Source: an uncultured Eubacteriales bacterium (lineage in GTDB: Bacteria > Bacillota > Clostridia > Oscillospirales > Ruminococcaceae). Taken from it: a stretch of DNA of 64,000 bases. Shown piece by piece: positions 55,442-64,000 of this stretch (the first letter of the stretch is position 1; each line of letters starts with the position of its first letter). The stretch is from positions 15,987 through 79,986 of the forward strand of contig CABUBB010000008.1 in the NCBI GenBank assembly GCA_902489745.1. Reading direction: 5' to 3'. Under the pieces are notes generated by a model. It made no database searches. It saw only the letters and a program-made list of their open reading frames with translations, and was not told the origin of the DNA. Both the position numbers and the translations under genes were made by a program.

Positions 55442-56053
55442 TTACTCTCCCTGGGCGCCCGTCTGTTCAATGAAACGGGCCAGTTCATTTTTCGTCATCA
55501 TCCGGTTGAGGACAGCGAGCAAGGCATTTGCGCTCATGCGTTCCGGCAGGTTCAGCGCCCGCTTGAGTGCATTGCGCGCCGCGGCGCTCTCCGGCCGGCC
55601 TGAAAGGCCAAGCTCATACAAATCCGCTTTGGTAAGACCGGCGTCAAACGGTGTGCCGGCAGTGACGCCGCACTGTTCAAGTGCATGCTCCAGAATCTCC
55701 AGCGAAACGCCCTCCACACCAAGCTTTCCCTCTTTGGAAGGGACGGACTTGCGCTTTTCTTTTCCGGCAATGTCCGGAACATAGAGGTGGTAAATGGTAC
55801 AGCCCTTGAGAAGCGACTGCAAAAAAGCGCGGATTTGAAAGCCTGCGGCATCCGGGTCGGTCGCAATAACAGCGCCGTGGGCCGCCGCAAGGGTACGGAT
55901 GAGTTTTTGCTTTTCCCTATCCCGGAAAATGGAAAAGCCGTCCGTTTTTATTATAACCGTATTCACCAAAGTTTCAAGTTTAATTTTGTCATATTTGCCC
56001 TCTAAAATGACAATCGGCTCAATTTTGATGCGTTTATCCTCTGTCATGCTCAT
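55442..56053 (-). CDS. Toprim-domain protein, RNase M5-like (DUF4093)
   Basis: It has the Toprim motifs ILEGKYD and ATDPDAAG. Its start overlaps the holA stop in an ATGA junction. Confidence 0.65.
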   Translation of the reverse strand: MSMTEDKRIKIEPIVILEGKYDKIKLETLVNTVIIKTDGFSIFRDREKQKLIRTLAAAHGAVIATDPDAAGFQIRAFLQSLLKGCTIYHLYVPDIAGKEKRKSVPSKEGKLGVEGVSLEILEHALEQCGVTAGTPFDAGLTKADLYELGLSGRPESAAARNALKRALNLPERMSANALLAVLNRMMTKNELARFIEQTGAQGE

Positions 56054-57093
56054 TCAATCCCACTATGAATTTTAACCAGAGTTTGCTCCAAACATTCAAA
56101 AGCATCCGCCCGGCTGGATTTTAAAGTTAAATCCAGCGCGTGCAGGCAGCGAATCCCCTGCCGCAAACGGGAGAGCTCCATGCGGCCGGCACTGCGAAAG
56201 GCGTTGTCCACCCGGAAACGAACCCGCGGGTTGTAGCCGAAATCCGCTGTGACCTGCGCGGCGTTCGCGCCGGCTACGAGGGCGCATTTGGCACGGTAGA
56301 GGTCAACAAAGGCGCTGTTGAGCGCCCCGGCGACCATAATAGGTTCAGCGTGCTGGGCCTTGAGCTCGCCTACGATGTCCAGCGCGCCGCTTAAATTGCC
56401 GCGCAGCAACGTATTGGCAAGATCAAAGGCGGTGGCGTCCATCGTCTGGGGGACGAGGGTATCCACCGAGGCAACGGCAATCTCCCCTTCTCCGGTAAAA
56501 CCGATGAGCTGATCCAGTTCCGAAAGAAGGTTGGTTAAATCCGAGCCGGAGCGGTCGATCATGCGGTCAGCCGCCGCGGCAGAAAGAAAGCACTGCCGTT
56601 TGGCTGCCTGGTCCATGAGGAATTTGGCGAGATCGGACTTGGAAAGCGGAGAAAACTCCCCAACCGTGCCCGCCTTTTCCATAAATTTGATGAAATTCTG
56701 GGTTTTACGGCTGGTTTTAAGGTTCACCTCAAACCCTGTCACATAAAAAACGAGGATGACGTTTTCCGGGAGGTTTTCCACCAGCTTTTGAAGGCGTTTG
56801 GTATCCTCAGCGGCCAACTGTTCCGGGTTGAGGTCGTGTACCACCACCGTCTTGGAGCTTGCCATAAACGGGAGATTGTCCACCGCGTCCTCGAGTGCGG
56901 AAAGGTCGAGTGCTCCTTTTTCTCCTTCAAACCGTTCGGGATTGAACTCATTTGGGGAAGGCACCGCCTTTTGCAGCAGCCGCTCCAGGCAGCGGTTGAG
57001 CAGGTACAGTTCGCTTCCATAGAGAAAGTAAGCCCCTCCAATATTGTTTTTGCGGATTTCGCCCGTGAGCTTGCGGGCGTCCAGCTTTGCCAT
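56050..57093 (-). CDS. holA: DNA polymerase III delta subunit
   Basis: The HolA-like length and sequence fit, and the position after comEC is the one conserved in Firmicutes. Confidence 0.75.
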   Translation of the reverse strand: MAKLDARKLTGEIRKNNIGGAYFLYGSELYLLNRCLERLLQKAVPSPNEFNPERFEGEKGALDLSALEDAVDNLPFMASSKTVVVHDLNPEQLAAEDTKRLQKLVENLPENVILVFYVTGFEVNLKTSRKTQNFIKFMEKAGTVGEFSPLSKSDLAKFLMDQAAKRQCFLSAAAADRMIDRSGSDLTNLLSELDQLIGFTGEGEIAVASVDTLVPQTMDATAFDLANTLLRGNLSGALDIVGELKAQHAEPIMVAGALNSAFVDLYRAKCALVAGANAAQVTADFGYNPRVRFRVDNAFRSAGRMELSRLRQGIRCLHALDLTLKSSRADAFECLEQTLVKIHSGIE

Positions 57094-57105
57094 ACGGCAC
57101 CTCCT

Positions 57106-59280
57106 TTAAGAGTTCGCTGCCTCCCAGTCCGGGAAGCGGCGAACCGCGGTATGCGATGGATAAACGGCGGCGATGCGCTCGTCGCCAGGATCGTTTTCTT
57201 CGGTTGGCGTAAGCAGCAAAACCTCTTCCGCTGCGGATCGGCCGGGATTACAGGTAGCCGTCTGTGCGACGACAAGATCCAAAGCGGAACCGTCCTGAAC
57301 CTCCAGCGTGGATTTTACATCCAGTGCGGCCAAAACGCGCCGCCCGTTCCGGGTGATTTCAAGCACCGGCTCCTCTGTGCCGGTCACATGGAGTTTGGTG
57401 CCGTCCGGATATTCCAGGCTGATATTGGTCAATGGAATCATATCCTCCTCCGGTACGGAGGCCGTCACCGAACGGGTGATGATGTTCTGCTCCTCCAGGG
57501 CAAGAAGGTGTACCGGAATGACAGCGTCCAGCCGTTCGGTGACCCGGTTTGGCTTGCGGCCGGTACCGGGCTGGATGTAAAGATCAATCGTGCGGATGCC
57601 TTTGCCCATAAGCAAGCGGCGGAGAGCGGTCCCCGTACTGGTATCATCGGTTCCATAAACAATGTTGACACCGCCGGATTGAATGAGAACCGCCGAAGAA
57701 TCCCCGGCTGAGACGGTGGTTACAGTTAGCGCGTGATCGGTGATATAACGGCTTCCACCAGCTATGAGTACAACAAACAGCAACGAAACCGGCAGCAGCG
57801 TCATCATGAGAGTCCTGCGTCTGCTGCGGAAAATCCAGCAAATGCCGACAGCTGCCAATACAATAAGAAGCCCTGCTTTCATCAAACGGTTTCCAACCGG
57901 AAGGTAGGCAAACGGCAGCTTGACCGCAAGTTCCGCACCACGGGCAACGGCGTTGACAGCCCAGCTGCAAATCATTCCACTTACCGCCGCGAAAGGCGCG
58001 AACAGTGGGAAAAGCCCAAGAAAAGCTGTTACAAAACCGGAAAGCATCACAATGGTCACAAAGGCGTTGACCACTGGGTTGAGAACCAAGCCGATCAGGG
58101 AGACCTCCTCAAACGCGATTACGGTTACCGGAAGAGTCCCCGCAACTGCAGAAACCGAAACGGTAAAAAGCGAGGCAAGCTCTTTACCCAGCCTGCTTTT
58201 GATTTCCAAACGCCGGCACAGCCGCCGGTGAAGCGGCCCCTGAACCAACAGAATTCCCAACGTGGCCGAAACCGAAAGCAGAAATCCAACATCATACATA
58301 ATATAGGGATTCGAAAGCGACAGGAACAGGCAGGCCAGACCAAGGGAATTAAGCCCGCTGCTGTGCCGGCGCACCAACAGCCCGGAAAGGAGCAGAAGCA
58401 TCATGATACCGGAACGCATCACCGAGGCGGTAAAGCCGGAGAGCGCCATAAACCCCAGCACGGCAACCATGCCGGCAGCAGCAGATCCGCGCTTTCCAAT
58501 GCGGAAACAGGACAGCACCACCATAAAAAGCTGAACGACAACGGAAAGGTGCAGGCCGGACACGCTGAATAGATGATTGACTCCGGCCCGGCTGAAGGTG
58601 ACCTTTTGCGCATCGTCCAGATTGGTGGTCCCGCCAAGCAACATCCCGGAAACAATATCTGCACGGTCGGTGGGCATAGTGTTGTAAAGCGAGTCCATCA
58701 ACATAGTGCGGAAACTCCGGATAGCCGATACAAGATTGTATGCAGCGCCCGGCTCCGCCACCATTTGCTCCACAGTGTCAGTTGAAAGAAACAGACCGTG
58801 GGATTTGTAATAGTCCCCGAGCACAGCGTCTTCTGCTGACTCGTTGAGTGAGAGCGACGCACGAACGGTTATACGATCACCATAAGTGATGCTGCCGTCA
58901 TCGTTCCAGGAGTAAAGCAAAACGCCAAAGGAGCGGACCGACGTGCCGTCGACCTCCGAGACCGAAAGCTCATAGCTTTTGTAGCTTCCCCAGTCGGTGA
59001 TATCTTCGACCGAAGCCCGGAGCTCGGCCGTTTTACCATCCAGCTCTGCAACCGGCCGGTAGACAAACGACGTATACAGGAAAAACGAAGCGAGCGCAAG
59101 CACCGCCGCCGAAAGAACGCACCAATACAGCGTATGGTTCCGCAGCCTTTTCAGGCAGACGCCCGCGGTCAACAACAGCAAAAGCGCCGGAAAACACCAA
59201 ACCAGATTTCCGGCGCCCACAAGGGAGGCAAACAGCAGGAAGGCGGCGTACGCATAACCGAATTTCGCCAGTACCTGCAT
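57106..59280 (-). CDS. comEC: ComEC/Rec2 DNA internalisation channel protein
   Basis: It has an N-terminal DUF4131-like region and a polytopic competence domain (GVNHLFSVSGLHL). The C-terminal beta-lactamase-like region lacks the His motif. Confidence 0.8.
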   Translation of the reverse strand: MQVLAKFGYAYAAFLLFASLVGAGNLVWCFPALLLLLTAGVCLKRLRNHTLYWCVLSAAVLALASFFLYTSFVYRPVAELDGKTAELRASVEDITDWGSYKSYELSVSEVDGTSVRSFGVLLYSWNDDGSITYGDRITVRASLSLNESAEDAVLGDYYKSHGLFLSTDTVEQMVAEPGAAYNLVSAIRSFRTMLMDSLYNTMPTDRADIVSGMLLGGTTNLDDAQKVTFSRAGVNHLFSVSGLHLSVVVQLFMVVLSCFRIGKRGSAAAGMVAVLGFMALSGFTASVMRSGIMMLLLLSGLLVRRHSSGLNSLGLACLFLSLSNPYIMYDVGFLLSVSATLGILLVQGPLHRRLCRRLEIKSRLGKELASLFTVSVSAVAGTLPVTVIAFEEVSLIGLVLNPVVNAFVTIVMLSGFVTAFLGLFPLFAPFAAVSGMICSWAVNAVARGAELAVKLPFAYLPVGNRLMKAGLLIVLAAVGICWIFRSRRRTLMMTLLPVSLLFVVLIAGGSRYITDHALTVTTVSAGDSSAVLIQSGGVNIVYGTDDTSTGTALRRLLMGKGIRTIDLYIQPGTGRKPNRVTERLDAVIPVHLLALEEQNIITRSVTASVPEEDMIPLTNISLEYPDGTKLHVTGTEEPVLEITRNGRRVLAALDVKSTLEVQDGSALDLVVAQTATCNPGRSAAEEVLLLTPTEENDPGDERIAAVYPSHTAVRRFPDWEAANS

Positions 59281-59311
59281 GCTCTCACCTCACCTGCTGT
59301 CAGTTTTCTCC

Positions 59312-59851
59312 TTATTTTTCAAACAGGGGCAGTTCTTCAAGGAAGATAATGTCGTCGCGTTTGGCGGCATCCCCTTCGGCGAGGACGGTCGCAATGCCGG
59401 CAACCTGCCCGCCTGCCTCTTTGCAGAGTTCGAGCAGCGAGGAGAGGGACTCTCCGGTGCTGATGACGTCGTCGACCACAAGGACGCGCTTGCCTTTGAG
59501 GAGGGCAACATCGTACTGGTCGATGTAAAGGGTCTGCATGTGCATGGTGGTAATGGATTTGACATCCACCTTGATGGGATTCTTCATGTAGAGCTTAAGC
59601 CCCTTGCGGGCAACAACATAGCGCTCGCCGAGCTGACGGGCCATTTCATAAGCAAGCGGGATGCCTTTTGCCTCTGCGGTGAGGATGACGTCGTGCTCCG
59701 GCACCCGTTTAATGAGTTCTGCCGCGCAGGCAACGGTAAGTTCAACATCGGTAAACATAACAAACGCCGCAATGTCAAGGTGCTCGTTGACCGGGCAGAG
59801 CGGCAGCTCACGGGTGAGCCCCGCAACCTTTAAGGTGTATGTATCTTTCAT
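59312..59851 (-). CDS. Type I phosphoribosyltransferase (purine PRTase-like)
   Basis: It has the PRPP-binding motif VLVVDDVISTGES. The start was set at MKDTY because a GGAGG RBS precedes it. Confidence 0.7.
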   Translation of the reverse strand: MKDTYTLKVAGLTRELPLCPVNEHLDIAAFVMFTDVELTVACAAELIKRVPEHDVILTAEAKGIPLAYEMARQLGERYVVARKGLKLYMKNPIKVDVKSITTMHMQTLYIDQYDVALLKGKRVLVVDDVISTGESLSSLLELCKEAGGQVAGIATVLAEGDAAKRDDIIFLEELPLFEK

Positions 59852-59870
59852 GGTAAAACCTCCATCTTCA

Positions 59871-60275
59871 TCATTGATTTGCCGGGGCTTCTCCATCCAG
59901 CAAAACCTTGTCGTTTTTTATCTGTTCCCGTTTGTCGACGCCGTCCGGCACCATACGCAACACCAGAAAATCAGAAGGGTTCTCAAAGGGATTTTCTATG
60001 GTATGCACCGCGCGGCCAACCTTGAGGATGGCGTCTTGGGGGACGGTACGGGACATTGTCTCGCCGTTTTCCAGCCAATGCACCACAACTGCGCCGGAAA
60101 GCACGACCAGGGTTTCATCCACAACGCAGTGGCTGTGCCATTCCTGAACGGAATGCGGCGGGATGGTACAGCGGTGGATTTCAGACTCCTCAAAAATATA
60201 ATAATCCACGGCCGTGCGGTTGGGTTTTACAACCGAAATGGCGTCCGCACGGGTTAAAATCCTGATTTCTGACAT
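59871..60275 (-). CDS. Cupin-domain protein
   Basis: It has a cupin-like H..H core (VQEWHSHCVVDETLVV) and about 134 aa. An AGGAAGG RBS precedes the ATG at 60275. Confidence 0.6.
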   Translation of the reverse strand: MSEIRILTRADAISVVKPNRTAVDYYIFEESEIHRCTIPPHSVQEWHSHCVVDETLVVLSGAVVVHWLENGETMSRTVPQDAILKVGRAVHTIENPFENPSDFLVLRMVPDGVDKREQIKNDKVLLDGEAPANQ

Positions 60276-60415
60276 CCGCCCTTCCTTTCGCAACAGGAAA
60301 ACGCACGACTGTCTTTTGAATACAAATAGTATTATTAAAAACAGTTATACAATCAGCGATATACTATCTGTATTTTTAATCATGTAAATTACAAGAACGG
60401 CAAATCTTTCCGCGT

Positions 60416-60754
60416 TTATGCCATCTGGCCGGAGAGCTTCGCGCCGCCCAGCAGATGAAAATGCAGATGAGGGACCGACTGCGCGCCGTTTTCCCCGCTG
60501 TTGGTGACAATGCGGAAGCCTTGGTCCAAGCCGAGTTCCTTGGCGAGCTTTGCCGCGACCTCAAAGATATGTGCGACCACAGCGGAATTTTCCGCCGTGA
60601 TATCCGCCGCACTTTGAACGTGCTGCTTGGGGACGATGAGTACATGCACCGGCGCCTGGGGGCTAATGTCGTTAAACGCATAGACCAGGTCATCCTCATA
60701 GACCTTTGTGCTGGGGATTTTCCCGGCAATAATGTTGCAGAACAGGCATTCCAT
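60416..60754 (-). CDS. HIT-family (Hint-like) nucleotide hydrolase
   Basis: It has the histidine triad HLHFHLL and the N-terminus CLFCNIIAGKIP. Confidence 0.9.
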   Translation of the reverse strand: MECLFCNIIAGKIPSTKVYEDDLVYAFNDISPQAPVHVLIVPKQHVQSAADITAENSAVVAHIFEVAAKLAKELGLDQGFRIVTNSGENGAQSVPHLHFHLLGGAKLSGQMA

Positions 60755-60778
60755 AACAAAATCCTCCCTTACACGAAC

Positions 60779-63421
60779 TTAGATTGTGGTCAGTTTTTCA
60801 ACGAGGGACGGAAGATGCGCAAGCGCCTCGTCCATTTTAAACGGGTCGGAAACGCCGGCCATTGCCATGTTGGGGCGTCCGCCGCCTTTTCCGCCTGCGA
60901 GAGCGGCAATCTCCTTAATCACCACCCCGGCGACAACCCCCTTTTCAATGGCGCCCGCGCCGCAGGCGGCAACCAGAGTTCCCTTGCCGTCCCGGATGGT
61001 GCCAACAACCACTACGGTATTCGGCATGGCGGAGATCATTTTGTCGGCAATTTTTTTAAGGGCGTCCGGCTGCGCATTCTGGAACAGGAAAGAAACCACC
61101 CGCAGGCCGCTTACTTCTACCGCGTTGTCAGCAACGCCGCGCGCCTGGAATTCGGCAAATTCGGCGTTGATCTTGTCGAGCAGGCGATCCTTTTCCTTCA
61201 AATCGTTCGCCACAGCGGCAATCTTAACCGGCAGCTCGGCCGGATTGGTGATTTTAAGGGTCTGACAGCACTGGGCAAGCATTTCATCGGTTTCCCGGAT
61301 AAGGTTCAACACCCCGGCGCCGGTGACTGCTTCAATGCGGCGTACGCCTGCGGCAACCGAACTTTCACTGATGATTTTGAACAAACCGATTTTGCCGGTA
61401 TTGTCCACATGGGTGCCGCCGCAAAGCTCGATGGAATATTCCCCAATGTCGCAGACGCGGACAATGTCTCCGTACTTTTCGCCGAACAGCGCCATTGCCC
61501 CTTTGGCTTTGGCGGACTCGATGTCGGTCTCGTAGAGCTTGACATCGACGGCGGAAAGGATGGCACGGTTGACGTCGGTCTCAATCTGGTTGAGTTCTTC
61601 CGGAGTGAGCGCCTGGAAATGGGAAAAGTCAAAGCGCAGACGCTGTGCGGTGACAAGCTGCCCCGCCTGATGGACATAGTTGCCAAGGGTTTTGCGCAGG
61701 GCGGCCTGCAGCAGATGGGCAGAAGTGTGGTTGCGCATGATAGCACGGCGGTTGTAGGCGTCAATCGCTGCATCTGCCGTCTCGTCAAGGGCAACGGTTC
61801 CCTCGGTCACTTCACCAATGTGGAGGAAATGGCCGCCGTCGTCCTTTTGAACGTCGCTGATCCGGAACACGCCGGACGCAGTTTGGATTTCGCCAATATC
61901 AGCGACCTGTCCGCCGCTTTCCGCGTAGAACGGGGTTCGATCCAGCACCAAAACACCCTTAGAGCCAGCGTTGATTTCACCGACCAGCTCACCTTCTGAA
62001 GAAAGTGCAAGAATTTTTGCCTTGCAGGCGGTTTCGGTGTAGCCGGCAAATTCCGTCGCAGGCAGGGCGGAAAGATCAAGCGCGTCGTCTTTCCAAGCAA
62101 CATCGCCGCCTGCAAAATGAGCAGTGCGGGCGCGTTCGCGCTGTTCCTTCATCAATTCGGCAAAACGGGTATCATCAACTGAAATGCAACGCTCCGCAGT
62201 GATTTCCATGGTGAGGTCAATGGGGAAACCAAAGGTATCATAGAGCTTAAAGGCATCGTCGCCGGACAGGATAGTTTCACCGCTGCCGTCCATCCGGTCC
62301 AGGATAGAGGTGAGCAGCTCCATGCCCTTGTCCACGGTTTTTTCAAAGTTTTCCTCTTCAACGCGGACAACCTTTTTGATGTAATCCGCCTTCTGGACAA
62401 GCTCCGGGTAAGCGGTCTCGTTTTCCTTGATGACGGTATCCACCACTTCATAGAGGAACGGCTTCTTGATGCCGAGCAGGCGGCCGTGGCGCGCAGCACG
62501 GCGCAGCAGGCGGCGCAGAACGTAGCCGCGGCCCTCGTTGGAGGGGAGCACGCCGTCCCCGACCATAAAGACGGTGGAACGCACATGGTCGGTAATGACA
62601 CGGAGCGACACGTCGGCCTTTTCCTCCTCTTTATAGGTGACACCGGCAATCTGGCTGATGTGTTTCATAATATTCTGGATGGTGTCAACCTCAAAAAGAT
62701 TATCCACCCCCTGGCAGATGCAGGCAAGGCGTTCGAGGCCCATTCCGGTGTCGATGTTCGGGTGTTCCATACGGGTGTAATTGCCTTCGCCGTCGCCGTT
62801 GAACTGGGAGAAAACGAGATTCCAGAATTCCACATAACGGTCGCAGTCACAGCCGACGCCGCAGGTGGGCTTGCCGCAGCCGTATTCCTCGCCGCGGTCA
62901 AAATAGATTTCGGAACAGGGGCCGCAGGGGCCGGAACCGATTTCCCAGAAGTTGTCCTCCTTGCCGAGACGGACAATCCGATCCGGCGCTACGCCGACCT
63001 CGTTGACCCAAATGTCAAACGCCTCATCGTCGTCCTGGTAGATGGAAACCCACAGGCGGTCCACCGGCATTTTAATGACCTCGGTGATAAACTCCCAGGC
63101 CCATTTGGTGGCTTCATGTTTAAAATAATCGCCAAAGGAGAAGTTGCCCAGCATCTCAAAAAAAGTGCCGTGGCGGGAGGTTTTACCAACATTTTCAATG
63201 TCCGGGGTGCGGATGCACTTCTGGCAGGTGGTAACCCGTTTGTTCGGCGGGGTTGCCTGGCCCAAAAAGAACTTTTTCATCGGGGCCATACCAGAATTGA
63301 TGAGCAGCAGGCTGCTGTCACCAATCGGGACGAGCGGATAACTCGGCAGGCGGGTATGGCTTTTGCTTTCAAAGAATCTTAAAAACTGCTCGCGCAGGTC
63401 GTTGAGTGAGGTCCACTCCAT
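60779..63421 (-). CDS. alaS: Alanyl-tRNA synthetase
   Basis: The sequence is AlaRS. The start was set at MEWTSLNDLREQFLRFF. The ORF-track extension to 63490 runs into the T-box terminator. Confidence 0.95.
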   Translation of the reverse strand: MEWTSLNDLREQFLRFFESKSHTRLPSYPLVPIGDSSLLLINSGMAPMKKFFLGQATPPNKRVTTCQKCIRTPDIENVGKTSRHGTFFEMLGNFSFGDYFKHEATKWAWEFITEVIKMPVDRLWVSIYQDDDEAFDIWVNEVGVAPDRIVRLGKEDNFWEIGSGPCGPCSEIYFDRGEEYGCGKPTCGVGCDCDRYVEFWNLVFSQFNGDGEGNYTRMEHPNIDTGMGLERLACICQGVDNLFEVDTIQNIMKHISQIAGVTYKEEEKADVSLRVITDHVRSTVFMVGDGVLPSNEGRGYVLRRLLRRAARHGRLLGIKKPFLYEVVDTVIKENETAYPELVQKADYIKKVVRVEEENFEKTVDKGMELLTSILDRMDGSGETILSGDDAFKLYDTFGFPIDLTMEITAERCISVDDTRFAELMKEQRERARTAHFAGGDVAWKDDALDLSALPATEFAGYTETACKAKILALSSEGELVGEINAGSKGVLVLDRTPFYAESGGQVADIGEIQTASGVFRISDVQKDDGGHFLHIGEVTEGTVALDETADAAIDAYNRRAIMRNHTSAHLLQAALRKTLGNYVHQAGQLVTAQRLRFDFSHFQALTPEELNQIETDVNRAILSAVDVKLYETDIESAKAKGAMALFGEKYGDIVRVCDIGEYSIELCGGTHVDNTGKIGLFKIISESSVAAGVRRIEAVTGAGVLNLIRETDEMLAQCCQTLKITNPAELPVKIAAVANDLKEKDRLLDKINAEFAEFQARGVADNAVEVSGLRVVSFLFQNAQPDALKKIADKMISAMPNTVVVVGTIRDGKGTLVAACGAGAIEKGVVAGVVIKEIAALAGGKGGGRPNMAMAGVSDPFKMDEALAHLPSLVEKLTTI

Positions 63422-63468
63422 AATGTTTGAACATCCTTTCCATGCGTCTTTATTTGGGCTTTGCCGTG

Positions 63469-63728
63469 AAAAAATAAAAACAGCCCCCATCCGCAGAAAA
63501 TTTCTGGGACGAAGACTGACGTTTCCGTGGTACCACCCGGCTTGGATTTCCGTTTTGAAATCCCACTTATAGCTCCTTAACGCGGAGAGACGGTGCGCTT
63601 AATAAATATTTTGCACGCACAGCTCCAAGGCGGCTTCCCTTCTCCCCCGTTTCAAGCCTTGCACCATCCGGCTTTTCTCTGGCGCACGGAAGCAGGAGGG
63701 TTAACCTTTTCACAGCCGTTCCAATATC
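63469..63728 (-). promoter_or_regulatory. T-box leader (tRNA-sensing riboswitch) controlling alaS
   Basis: On the minus strand there is an AGAGA motif in stem I and a conserved T-box core AAGCCGGGTGGTACCACGG (63525-63540). A terminator (cagtcttcgtcc / ggatgggggctg) is followed by TTTTTATTTTTT (63469-63518). Confidence 0.8.
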
Positions 63729-63734
63729 CATTGT

Positions 63735-63763
63735 ATTGTAGCATCCTTTTGGCGGAATGTCAA
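63735..63763 (-). promoter_or_regulatory. Promoter of the alaS T-box leader
   Basis: On the minus strand it reads TTGACA, a 17-nt spacer, then TACAAT. The -35 overlaps the stop region of the upstream PBP gene. Confidence 0.65.
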
Positions 63764-64000
63764 TGTTTGGCTTGTTCGGTGCGGATCTCGTCAAGCAATG
63801 TGATTTGGTCGGCGATGTTTGCAAAGACCGGCCCGGCGCTCAGGTTGCCGGTACGGCCATGCTCCACCATGACCGAAACAACGTATTTGGGGCTTTCCGC
63901 CGGGAAGTAGCCGGCGAACCAGACGTCGAGAATTTCCTCGCCGTTTTCATCAAAGCTGCCGGTTTGAGCGGTAGCGGTTTTGCCCGCAGCAGTGACCAAA
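63760..64000 (-). CDS. Penicillin-binding protein (class B transpeptidase), C-terminal end only
   Basis: It has a KTG-type motif (GKTATAQ). The frame stays open to the window edge. Confidence 0.65.
   Translation of the reverse strand, partial: LVTAAGKTATAQTGSFDENGEEILDVWFAGYFPAESPKYVVSVMVEHGRTGNLSAGPVFANIADQITLLDEIRTEQAKH

Noticed and set aside
1-64000. A window-wide search for CRISPR arrays, IS elements or transposases, integrases, prophage genes, toxin-antitoxin pairs, tRNA and rRNA genes.
   Set aside because: I saw no direct-repeat arrays, no terminal inverted repeats flanking ORFs, no recombinase-like translations and no cloverleaf-like conserved tRNA segments. All ORFs of 100 aa or more that are not antisense shadows are accounted for by the annotated genes.

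Overview
This 64-kb window looks like a GC-rich, Clostridia-type Firmicute chromosome. That call is inferred from gene content and order, Shine-Dalgarno usage and lipobox signals. Almost every gene is on the minus strand.

Contents, left to right:
- prmA (cut by the window edge), an unannotated 51-aa membrane-protein gene, and a uracil-type NCS2 permease with a long structured leader.
- An electron-bifurcating-type [FeFe]-hydrogenase operon: NuoE-like hydC, a GHKL ATPase, a 2Fe-2S ferredoxin, NuoF-like hydB and hydA.
- A divergent 5-gene cluster: DRTGG, an RsbW-like GHKL kinase, a HydS-like sensory [FeFe]-hydrogenase homologue, DRTGG and PHP.
- An accessory stretch: aldo/keto reductase, DUF2461, a frameshifted GNAT, a GH39-like hydrolase, a Zn-ADH, azlCD and a small Zn-ribbon membrane protein.
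- The complete S10-spc-alpha ribosomal superoperon (rpsJ to rplQ, including secY, adk, map, infA, rpmJ and rpoA), followed by proS.
- A lipoprotein gene, a DUF134 / Mrp-NBP35 / His-tailed NifX-like operon, and a membrane XRE-HTH protein.
- A fab/acc cluster (fabH-fabG-fabF-accB-fabZ-accCDA-acpP) and aroE-aroK.
- A tightly packed operon (cupin, PRTase, comEC, holA, Toprim/RNase M5-like, MBOAT, DHHW), then DUF3048.
- A T-box-controlled alaS-HIT pair and the 3' end of a penicillin-binding protein.

I found no rRNA, tRNA, CRISPR array, IS element or prophage.

The best candidates for under-described biology are:
1. The H2-sensor-like signalling module beside hydABC, which has no recognisable DNA-binding output.
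2. The DUF134 / NBP35 / NifX-like operon, driven by a consensus promoter whose spacer is an 18-bp perfect palindrome.
3. Long structured leaders of unknown class upstream of the uracil permease, the S10 operon and the Zn-ribbon gene.
4. The MBOAT / DHHW / DUF3048 envelope-acylation genes, which are translationally chained to comEC-holA.

All functional calls come from reading the translated ORFs and motifs by eye. No database search was run.
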